NCBI GenBank assembly: GCA_020054495.1
Contig: JAHWGK010000009.1
Location: 5,314 to 69,313, forward strand
Length of the DNA stretch: 64,000 bases
Source: Thermoplasmata archaeon
GTDB taxonomy: Archaea; Thermoplasmatota; E2; DHVEG-1
Direction of reading: 5' to 3'
Part shown: positions 9,450 through 17,278 of the stretch, piece by piece
How positions within the stretch are numbered: the stretch's first letter is position 1
How the letters are laid out: each line of letters begins with the position of its first letter
Notes under the pieces: model-generated
What the model saw: the letters and a program-made list of their open reading frames with translations, nothing else
What the model was told of the DNA's origin: nothing
Databases searched by the model: none
Translations under genes and position numbers: made by a program

Positions 9450-10334
9450 TTACCAGAGGTCAATTACTCTTGTTGTATATACTGATGGTGAGGTTACATC
9501 GTAGACACCGGATGATCCTACTTCTGGGAGTATTGAACCAGATATCGATTTTCTTACACCTAATCCGCTCTCATCAGGTATTATGGCAGTTAGATTCACC
9601 ATTATGTATGCCCTATCTCCTTGATTCATCCCTAGAGTGTTTGTTATGGAACTGTCATAATCATGTGTTGCAATGAGTGCAAATTCACCTTGTGATAGAT
9701 TGTGATATATCGTGTAGTTTGATCCAGCTGAGAGAGGTAAATGAAATACAGATTTATTATCAGTGTTGACATTTATGACTCGAGATGTGTTTAGCGTTAG
9801 TACACTTAGGTTACTGTTTTGTATTGATAATGTTATCATACTGAGATCTATATCTTTTGATCCAGCTCTTGGTCTTATAGCAATCACAAGGTATTCAATT
9901 TTTGTTTTTCCTTCATTTGTGTATCCAATTATATCTTCAATCATTAATCCAGATGATACTTCACGTATGGTTTGTGTTCCTACACTTTGTGCTCTTTGCT
10001 GTAATTGTTCACTGGTTTGAATTATAACACTTGCTGCTATTGCTGCTACTAAAATCATAGCTATAAAAACGATTAATGTACCAATACCAACTAATGCTTC
10101 TTCATCATTTTTAATATCTTTATGTTTTGGTCGTCGTTTACCTGGTTTTATTGCTACTATAGTGTTTATCCTTAGGCATCCTAATCCTTGGCTAGAATCA
10201 ATTAAAATAAAACCATCTTTGTAGTCTACATCTTCAAGGATGCCTGTAACTACATTTGCTCTATCTTCTCCGGGTTCTTTAGTGACAATTTTACAATATT
10301 TGCCTATCAGCCTTTCCATGTATTTTTTTTCCAT
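9450..10334 (-). CDS. arlB: Archaellin ArlB/FlaB with an atypical 80-aa N-terminal extension
   Basis: Canonical archaellin N-terminus LVGIGTLIVFIAMILVAAIAASVIIQTSEQLQQRA begins at residue 81. Beta-rich C-terminal part with many N-x-S/T sequons. Confidence 0.85.
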   Translation of the reverse strand: MEKKYMERLIGKYCKIVTKEPGEDRANVVTGILEDVDYKDGFILIDSSQGLGCLRINTIVAIKPGKRRPKHKDIKNDEEALVGIGTLIVFIAMILVAAIAASVIIQTSEQLQQRAQSVGTQTIREVSSGLMIEDIIGYTNEGKTKIEYLVIAIRPRAGSKDIDLSMITLSIQNSNLSVLTLNTSRVINVNTDNKSVFHLPLSAGSNYTIYHNLSQGEFALIATHDYDSSITNTLGMNQGDRAYIMVNLTAIIPDESGLGVRKSISGSILPEVGSSGVYDVTSPSVYTTRVIDLW

Positions 10335-10639
10335 GCTTTACACCACCTTTCTTTCCTTTCTTGCATTTCATGCCAACATAAGGCATGTTAATGCATTTCA
10401 TGTATACTGTTCTCAAGTGACACTATATAAAGCTTCCCCGTTGGATTGTCAAATGGAAAAAAAGGCTGGATCGTAAAAATCACAATTTGACATTTTACAA
10501 ATTAAAGAGGCGTTTAAAATGACTTATAAATGTGTTTTTGCACTGTTTAAACCATATTTTATCCATAAAGGTAATAATTGTATAATAAAGTTTATATATT
10601 ATTTATCCTTAAATTTATCCTGTTGAAAACAGTGATAAA

Positions 10640-11266
10640 ATGGGTAAATCAATAATAACAGGAGTAACTACTGTAATACTATTTATTTCTCTACTCTTAA
10701 TAGGGATTATTGTAGCCTCAGTTATATCAGGCCAGACCTTAGGTACAACAACAAATCACAATTATAATCAAATGATAGAAGAAACTTTAGATGAAATATC
10801 CACATATATACTTATAAAAGATCAAAATGGAAAATTCCGCGAAATCGATGGTGAACAAAGAATAGACAAAATTGCATTATATATAACTCCACTGGTTTCT
10901 CAAGAAATTAATATGTCACAACTCACTATTCAATTAAACAATGGAGAAACTGTAATGATTCTGGTATATGATGGAAACGCAGAGAATTTAGAATCAAAAT
11001 CTATATTTGGTCATCCAATTTGGAATAATATGAATGGGAATAATTTTGGTTTTATTTCGATTATTGATTTAGATGAATCATTGGTAAGTTATGATACATT
11101 TAACGATTGTTCAGATAAAGCATACGTAGTTTTCAAATTACCAGACGATATGACTCTGGGTAAACATGAAAAATTAGCAGTTTCTCTATTTCCCTCAGTG
11201 GGAATAACAAGAACAACAATCTTAAAAGCGCCTTTACCAATGACCTCGGTAATTACTTTTGAATAA
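10640..11266 (+). CDS. Divergent archaellin-like / type IV pilin-like protein (208 aa)
   Basis: Short leader plus hydrophobic helix MGKSIITGVTTVILFISLLLIGIIVASVISG. The following segment parallels archaellin (IDKIALYITPLVSQEINMSQLTIQLNNGE vs KIEYLVIAIRPRAGSKDIDLSMITLSIQNSN). Confidence 0.5.
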   Translation: MGKSIITGVTTVILFISLLLIGIIVASVISGQTLGTTTNHNYNQMIEETLDEISTYILIKDQNGKFREIDGEQRIDKIALYITPLVSQEINMSQLTIQLNNGETVMILVYDGNAENLESKSIFGHPIWNNMNGNNFGFISIIDLDESLVSYDTFNDCSDKAYVVFKLPDDMTLGKHEKLAVSLFPSVGITRTTILKAPLPMTSVITFE

Positions 11267-11273
11267 ATACTTA

Positions 11274-14204
11274 TTAGCCTTCTCCGGTATCTTCGATTTT
11301 TTTCGTCTTAAGCTCACCATTTGCCATATCTAAACTACGATCAATTTCGTCAATTAGCTTGAGCTTCTCACTTAATGATTTATCAGGTTCCCCCATGATT
11401 TTTTCTGTAACCTCTAGTTCTTTTTGTTTTTTCACTAGCTCAGTTTGAACCAAGTTTAAATCAGATTTGTTCTCTTCTGTTTTACTATTTATGTTATCAA
11501 GTTCGCTGGTTTTTAACTCAATAAAATTATCCAATTTTTCTAGTTCTACTTTCTTATCTTTTAAAATACTATCTATATGTTGTATCTCATCACTTCTATT
11601 TTCCATATCCGCTTTAATTTTCATCAGATCATTATTATTAGCATCTCGTTCTCTGTCAGCAATCTTAAGCTGAGTATAAACCTCTTGAAATTTGCTATTT
11701 AAGTTATCTAACTCCTCTTGCTTTTGCTCCAATTCAGCTTGAATCACTGCGACTTTCGATACATCATTTATAACCATTATCGATCCTGAAAATTCACTAT
11801 TACCATCAAATAAAGGAATCTGAGAAATATCTGTCAAAGATCTATTACCCTTTTCATCTTTTATGCAAACAGATCTGACAGTAACAGATTTTTTCTCTTG
11901 CTGACATTGACTCTTTGCGCCAACTAATCTTTTATCTTTCATAAAATCGATTTCAAAAAAGCTCTTACCTATTACTTTATCTGATTCTAAGCCAAGCATT
12001 TCTTCTGCTTTTTTATTCCAGCTAGTTACAACATCTTCATTATTTATAGTTATTATAGGTGATGGTATTGTATCTTTTAAATTCTGAAGATGAGAAACTA
12101 GTTGATTTTTTTCTATTTCTAGTTGATATTTCTCTTCTGTTTTATTTTTTATCTCTAATCTATTAAGCTCTAGCTCTGCAGACCTAGTATCCAATTTTCG
12201 TTGTCTTTGTTCTAACTCAATTTGTAGTTGATTAACAACTTTGTTCTTCTCCATCATTGACATTTGGCTTTCTATTAGCTGTTTTTTGATGTCCTCGATT
12301 ATGTTGTTTCTTGTTTTTAGGTCTGTGTTCATTGTTTCTATTTCTTCTGTTTTTGTTTGTATTTCTGTTGTTATTTGTGTTATTTTGTCTTGTTGTTTGT
12401 TGAGCAGGTCGTTTCGGTGTTCTAGGTCTTTTTGTCTTTCTTCCATTTCTTTTTGTAGTTGTTGTAGGTCTTGTTGTTTTTTGTATAGTTCTTGGTCTAT
12501 GGTTTGGAGGTTTTGTTCCATTTGTTGGATTTGGTCTTTTAGTTGGTCGTTAGCTTGTGTTTTTTGGATTACAGTTAGTCGGTTGTCTGTTAGTTGTTCT
12601 TTTATTTCTTTGATTATGTTGTTTCTTGTTTCTAGGTCTGTGTTCATTGTTTCTATTTGTTGTTGCTTATTATCAAGTTCAACCTGCAAATTATCGATTC
12701 TTTGTAGGCTATCTTGTAATTTCAATTGACTTTTCTTCAATTCTTTTTTCGTTGGTTTCGTCTTCTCTTTTTCTAGTTCTTCTTGAATTTGTGATATCTC
12801 TTCTTTTTTACGGTTTAATTCGTTATCCTTTAACTCAAAGTCCTTTAACGTTTCATCTAAGTGTTTCTGTGTCTGTTCGATTTCACTGGTTTTTTCACCT
12901 AATGTCAACTTCATTAACCCAAGTTCTTCATTTTTTGTCTCTACCATTTTTTGAAATTTGTGTAATTTATTATTCAATTTTAATACAGTTGCTTCTAATC
13001 CCTGTTTTATTTGTTCCATTTCTGTCTCTAAGTGATTAGCAAAATTAGATTTTTCCAATAATTGAAGATGATCTTGTGTTAGTTGTATACTTATATCTCT
13101 GATTATGCCGCCTCTTGTTTCTATTTCTTGCTGTCTGCGTTCAAGATCTGCTTGTAGTTCAATAATAATTTGATGTTTTTCGTTTAACTCTCCAGTTTTT
13201 GTTTGTATTTCCGTTGTCATTTGTGTTATTTTGTCTTGTTGTTTGTTTAGTTGATCATTTCGATATTTGAAATCTTTTTGTTTTTTGTCTAACTCTATAT
13301 CTATTGACTCTTGTTTTTGTTTCATTTGCTGAATTTGATCTTTTAGTTGATCATTATCTTGAGTTTTTTCTGTTAGTTGTTCTTTGATTCCCTCTATCTT
13401 TTTAGTTTTTCTTTCTAATTCTGATTTAATTTGTTCGGTTTCCTCTTGTTTTTTATCTAGTTCTTTTTTCCCAAATTCTAACTCTCTAAGTCTTTTCTCT
13501 AATTCAGTTTGTAAAAGTTGTACATCTTTATCATTTGGCTTAAAGTTCATTTTAGCTAGTTCCAGTTCTTTTTGCATTTGTTCCTTGTTTGATTGTAATT
13601 GCTTTATAGTCCCAGTTTTATATTCGATTTCTCTCTTGCTTTTTCCCAGTTCTCTTTGTAATTCTTCAATTTCTTGTTCACGCATTTCGATTTGCCTTTG
13701 CTTTTTCTCTAACTTTATCTGTATTCTTCCATTTTTTTCAGTATCTCTCTCAAAGTTCTTTAATGTACTAACTAAATCTGTTTCTTTGGAACCAAATTCT
13801 TTTTCTGCTTTTTTCTCTCTCTGAAACTCTTTCATTTTATGTTGAGTAATATTCTGTACAAATCCGATTTCTTCGCCTTTCTCATTCTTCTTTGTCTCAA
13901 TCTCAAAAGATAAAATATCTCCCTTGTTGGTTTTTAAATCAAGCGAATAAAATGGAGTTTCTCTTCCAAGTAACTTAGCCAGCTGCCGGTATGTTGCCTG
14001 TTTTCGAGAATTTTCTGTAAGGAAACTAGATTCCTGAAGAGACGTTTCTAATAATTCGTTTTTAATATATCCTAGCCTTTTACAGAAAGCATCATTTACA
14101 TTTATAATCCTTCCTTTCCTATTTAAAATAAAAATAGGCTTATCGCTACTCAAGTAAAAAGAATAAGACTGGTCATCTAGATTTTCATTATCTTCCCAAT
14201 TCAT
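11274..14204 (-). CDS. 976-aa PAS / long coiled coil / PAS / coiled-coil protein
   Basis: N-terminal PAS (PIFILNRKGRIINVNDAFCKRLGY...). About 560 aa of K/E/Q heptad-like sequence with internal repeats. Second PAS (SPIITINNEDVVTSWNKKAEEMLGL...IMVINDVS). C-terminal coiled coil. Confidence 0.75.
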   Translation of the reverse strand: MNWEDNENLDDQSYSFYLSSDKPIFILNRKGRIINVNDAFCKRLGYIKNELLETSLQESSFLTENSRKQATYRQLAKLLGRETPFYSLDLKTNKGDILSFEIETKKNEKGEEIGFVQNITQHKMKEFQREKKAEKEFGSKETDLVSTLKNFERDTEKNGRIQIKLEKKQRQIEMREQEIEELQRELGKSKREIEYKTGTIKQLQSNKEQMQKELELAKMNFKPNDKDVQLLQTELEKRLRELEFGKKELDKKQEETEQIKSELERKTKKIEGIKEQLTEKTQDNDQLKDQIQQMKQKQESIDIELDKKQKDFKYRNDQLNKQQDKITQMTTEIQTKTGELNEKHQIIIELQADLERRQQEIETRGGIIRDISIQLTQDHLQLLEKSNFANHLETEMEQIKQGLEATVLKLNNKLHKFQKMVETKNEELGLMKLTLGEKTSEIEQTQKHLDETLKDFELKDNELNRKKEEISQIQEELEKEKTKPTKKELKKSQLKLQDSLQRIDNLQVELDNKQQQIETMNTDLETRNNIIKEIKEQLTDNRLTVIQKTQANDQLKDQIQQMEQNLQTIDQELYKKQQDLQQLQKEMEERQKDLEHRNDLLNKQQDKITQITTEIQTKTEEIETMNTDLKTRNNIIEDIKKQLIESQMSMMEKNKVVNQLQIELEQRQRKLDTRSAELELNRLEIKNKTEEKYQLEIEKNQLVSHLQNLKDTIPSPIITINNEDVVTSWNKKAEEMLGLESDKVIGKSFFEIDFMKDKRLVGAKSQCQQEKKSVTVRSVCIKDEKGNRSLTDISQIPLFDGNSEFSGSIMVINDVSKVAVIQAELEQKQEELDNLNSKFQEVYTQLKIADRERDANNNDLMKIKADMENRSDEIQHIDSILKDKKVELEKLDNFIELKTSELDNINSKTEENKSDLNLVQTELVKKQKELEVTEKIMGEPDKSLSEKLKLIDEIDRSLDMANGELKTKKIEDTGEG
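12241..13375 (-). repeat. Shuffled internal DNA repeats inside the coiled-coil gene
   Basis: Near-identical about 50-nt segment gattatgttgtttcttgttt[t/c]taggtctgtgttcattgtttctattt at about 12294-12345 and about 12611-12660. The segment about 12345-12420 recurs at about 13190-13260. The NDQLKDQIQQM-coding segment occurs at about 12500-12565 and about 13318-13372. Confidence 0.7.
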
Positions 14205-14271
14205 TTTATCAAAGCTTTAGCCTAGGTCTCTCCTCTACTCTCCCCAGATTTCATACAGTCTCGGCTATAGT

Positions 14272-15396
14272 TTATTCCTTAGCAATTAATTTTTCCGCAG
14301 CTGACTTTAATTCATTATACTCATCTAGTAACTGCTCAAAGCGCTCCTTCATATCATCGTATTTTTGCTTATAAGGGTTTTCAATTTCTTCAGCAAGTAT
14401 GACATTGCTATCATCTTTAGTATTTTTAGGTTTACTTGAATAATGACCTCTGTTTTCATTATCCATTTGAACAATGATTTGCTTACCTAGTCTTCCAAAT
14501 GAAGTGGCATCTAATCGTTTTAGAAGATCTTTGCATTTTTTAATATTCACATCAAGAACATTTACCTTGCGCCGATGATTTGTTATATGCTCTGAAAATT
14601 CTCTTCTGTCAATATCTTTTATCAACCTTTTCTCTGTTAAATCCATTAAACTATCTTTCAATGCTAGACGTTGTTTTTCTAAAACTTTCAGACGTTGATG
14701 AAGAAGTTCTTTAAGAGAAACAGCCTCGTCAATATAATGTACCATTTGGTCATCATGTTTTACAAATATATTATATAACTCTTCATTAGAAATTGTATCA
14801 TCGTCAATGAGTGTTGTAAGTTCAGGGGATACTTTCTCCTTGAACTCTAATCGCTCTAAGGTTTTCAATGAATTTATATACCAACTTTGAATAAATATCA
14901 ATCCTTCTTTGTGTTCATCGAATTGATCAACTGGAAAAGACATTACAGAGTCAGATTTTTCATCTTTTATTTTAAATCCAGTAAGATTTTTCTCCCCGTC
15001 ATAAATCATATCAAAAACTGTTCCAAGTTTTTCACCAGTGTCTTCAAGAAATACTGGTTTGTCTTTCATATCCTTTGATTTAATTATTTTCTTCTTTTTG
15101 TGGCTAGGCCACTGTTTTTTCTCGTCTTCTTCGAGGATATCTAGTTCTTTTTCATTTGATATTTTATCTTGAAAAACCTCTGTTTTTTCTTTATTTAGTT
15201 CAATTTCAACATTTTCCTTTTCTATTTCTCTGTTTTTTTGTTTATCTTTTTTGTATTTTAAAGAATTTTCTTTTTGAGCATTATCTTTCTTTTTATATCT
15301 TATACCGATTTTTTTTCTCTTTTTTATTTTTCTTTCTAAACTTGTAACACCATTTTTGGCAATCTGAATTTTTTTGTCTTTTTTAAAAAGAGCCAT
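14272..15396 (-). CDS. Lys-rich N-terminus + PRC-barrel-like domain + coiled-coil protein
   Basis: KPVFLEDTGEKLGTVFDMIYDGEKNLTGFKIKDEKSDSVMSFPVDQF fits the PRC-barrel pattern. C-terminal coiled coil. Strong SD GAGGTGG before the ATG. Confidence 0.5.
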   Translation of the reverse strand: MALFKKDKKIQIAKNGVTSLERKIKKRKKIGIRYKKKDNAQKENSLKYKKDKQKNREIEKENVEIELNKEKTEVFQDKISNEKELDILEEDEKKQWPSHKKKKIIKSKDMKDKPVFLEDTGEKLGTVFDMIYDGEKNLTGFKIKDEKSDSVMSFPVDQFDEHKEGLIFIQSWYINSLKTLERLEFKEKVSPELTTLIDDDTISNEELYNIFVKHDDQMVHYIDEAVSLKELLHQRLKVLEKQRLALKDSLMDLTEKRLIKDIDRREFSEHITNHRRKVNVLDVNIKKCKDLLKRLDATSFGRLGKQIIVQMDNENRGHYSSKPKNTKDDSNVILAEEIENPYKQKYDDMKERFEQLLDEYNELKSAAEKLIAKE

Positions 15397-15417
15397 CCTC
15401 AGATACCACCTCTGGCC

Positions 15418-17028
15418 TTACAGGTCACAGCTTCCCTCCAATGAAAGTAATGGGTCTTTCCGTTCTTTAACATTTTGGATAAGATGTACTATACTCCAGG
15501 ATACTAGTGATAATGGTATCAGAAGTACGGCTAGTAATAGTAGATAAATTCCAATTGTTCCTAATGTGAGAGCCATTAATTCCATCATTGTTTGTTCTTT
15601 TGATATTATTACTAGGTTTGATTGAATTATCATATGGGCTATTGCAAGTACCATTGTTGTTAGAACTGCTAATACAATTTTGCTTCTAATTTTGCAACTT
15701 ATAAGATAGGCCAATAGCCCAGCTATTAAAACAGCAATAAACATTGCTAGTATTTGGTCTTCTAGAAAGTATAATATTGGTATGATTACTAATGCGGCTA
15801 GGATGGGTTTTCCTGTTGATGAGAAAACAGTTTCTTTGAGTTTTATATCTGAAAAATTTATTCGCGCAATCCATATGAAATTCCTCCCAATTGTACGTTT
15901 TGTGTTTTCTTTTGCTCTGGTAACCCTTTTAACTACATTTTCTTTAAGGATAAGTCGAGATGGATGTCGCCATGATCTATCTACAGCCCAGATGACTATT
16001 TTGTCTCCTACAAAAGTGATTGATATTAACAAAAACAAAGTGATTGTTGTTAAAATTATTGCTGATAAGAGATCAAGGATGAATACTGTAGCTTCAGCAT
16101 TCAAATTTATTAAATTTTGAATGAAATCGTCAGGAAATATAATCCAAAAAGGTGAAGAATACAACATTATTTCTCCAACATATGATCCATTTTGTGTCTC
16201 ATTAGAAGCTACTGCTTTTACACTAGTTGATTTTGTTTCTCCCCTTTCAAGCTCAAAGGTTTGTCTTGGAATATATTCACTTATTTCTCCACGACCAAAA
16301 ATTATTCCCTTTATATGCATTGTCCCTGGGTTTATCAACGGTATATCTTTTGGAAAAGATTCTCTACCCGGTTTAATTCTTCCAAATTCTATGGCACCTC
16401 CAGGGTCATCAGCATTGATACCTACTGATGCAGAAATAGAATCATTTGCAAAAGTGTGAATAACAGTTAAAAAAATAATGTATGCTATTAGAAAAGTAAT
16501 TATTGTTCTCTTTAGTTTTAGTGGTTTGCGACCAAATATATTCAAATGGATTTTTTCTTTAATTGTTTTTGCTTTTTCAGGTAAAATAAATATTAATATT
16601 ACTAGTATAACAATCGAAATTGTTAATGGTGCAAAAATACCAGCGTAGCTTATTGGATCCTTTGATGATGTAGGTTGCGATAACGAGTCTAAACCTTGAT
16701 TTATCCAAAGTCCAAGAAAACCAATAAATGGTATTTTTAATGGCTGTTGACCTATAGATAATATCTTCCCCATTAGATTCTCTTCTCTTATGTATGGTTC
16801 TGGTATGTGTGGTCCTGCTTGGTCTGTCCATTTGTTATTATCTCCTTTTGTTTCTAAACGAATTTCGCCTTTGCTATTTGTTATTATATTTGATACTCTG
16901 TGAACAAGGATTTTTTCATCTGGCCAGTGTACGTAGCTTTTAAAAACCACTACGTCTCCAGTTTTGATATCTTCTATTTTTGTGGGCGTCCAAGCAACTA
17001 CATCTCCTTCTATAAGAGTTGGGCTCAT
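15418..17028 (-). CDS. Sec11/SipW-type (S26B) signal peptidase I fused to a large polytopic membrane + beta-domain region. The called ORF is N-terminally truncated; the true start is upstream, at about 17157-17169.
   Basis: MSPTL (SM-x-PT box), ILVHRV (catalytic His box), ETKGDNN (GDNN box), then at least 8 hydrophobic helices. The in-frame upstream sequence encodes the expected TM anchor and the catalytic Ser (see finding). Confidence 0.8.
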   Translation of the reverse strand: MSPTLIEGDVVAWTPTKIEDIKTGDVVVFKSYVHWPDEKILVHRVSNIITNSKGEIRLETKGDNNKWTDQAGPHIPEPYIREENLMGKILSIGQQPLKIPFIGFLGLWINQGLDSLSQPTSSKDPISYAGIFAPLTISIVILVILIFILPEKAKTIKEKIHLNIFGRKPLKLKRTIITFLIAYIIFLTVIHTFANDSISASVGINADDPGGAIEFGRIKPGRESFPKDIPLINPGTMHIKGIIFGRGEISEYIPRQTFELERGETKSTSVKAVASNETQNGSYVGEIMLYSSPFWIIFPDDFIQNLINLNAEATVFILDLLSAIILTTITLFLLISITFVGDKIVIWAVDRSWRHPSRLILKENVVKRVTRAKENTKRTIGRNFIWIARINFSDIKLKETVFSSTGKPILAALVIIPILYFLEDQILAMFIAVLIAGLLAYLISCKIRSKIVLAVLTTMVLAIAHMIIQSNLVIISKEQTMMELMALTLGTIGIYLLLLAVLLIPLSLVSWSIVHLIQNVKERKDPLLSLEGSCDL

Positions 17029-17278
17029 TGAATCAGAGGTGACTAAATCTATTGGGAATGGCGTTCCAGCTGATACTGATAGGAAACGAGCTATGATTAA
17101 AATTAAGGTTGCAAGGAAAATAACATTACCAATAATGGATGTTATCCTGAATTTAATGTATCATCCCATCCCAATTGCATACGTGTATATATTTTTGGAT
17201 ATATTATATTTGTGCTAAAAACAAGTGTTTACAATATTTATAATATAATTGACGAATGTGATTGGGTTATGTTTCTAG

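Noticed and set aside
12241-13824. Three plus-strand ORFs (162, 137 and 146 aa) inside the coiled-coil gene
   Set aside because: They are antisense artefacts of a purine-rich, stop-poor coiled-coil coding strand, giving Cys/Ser/Phe-rich nonsense sequence.
17161-17163. Genome-wide TGA reassignment as the explanation for the in-frame TGA before the signal peptidase
   Set aside because: TGA terminates several well-delimited genes at natural ends with coupled downstream starts, for example 50679-50681, 39640-39642, 61397-61399 and 63452-63454. A global code change is therefore not supported. A local explanation or an ATT start is more likely.
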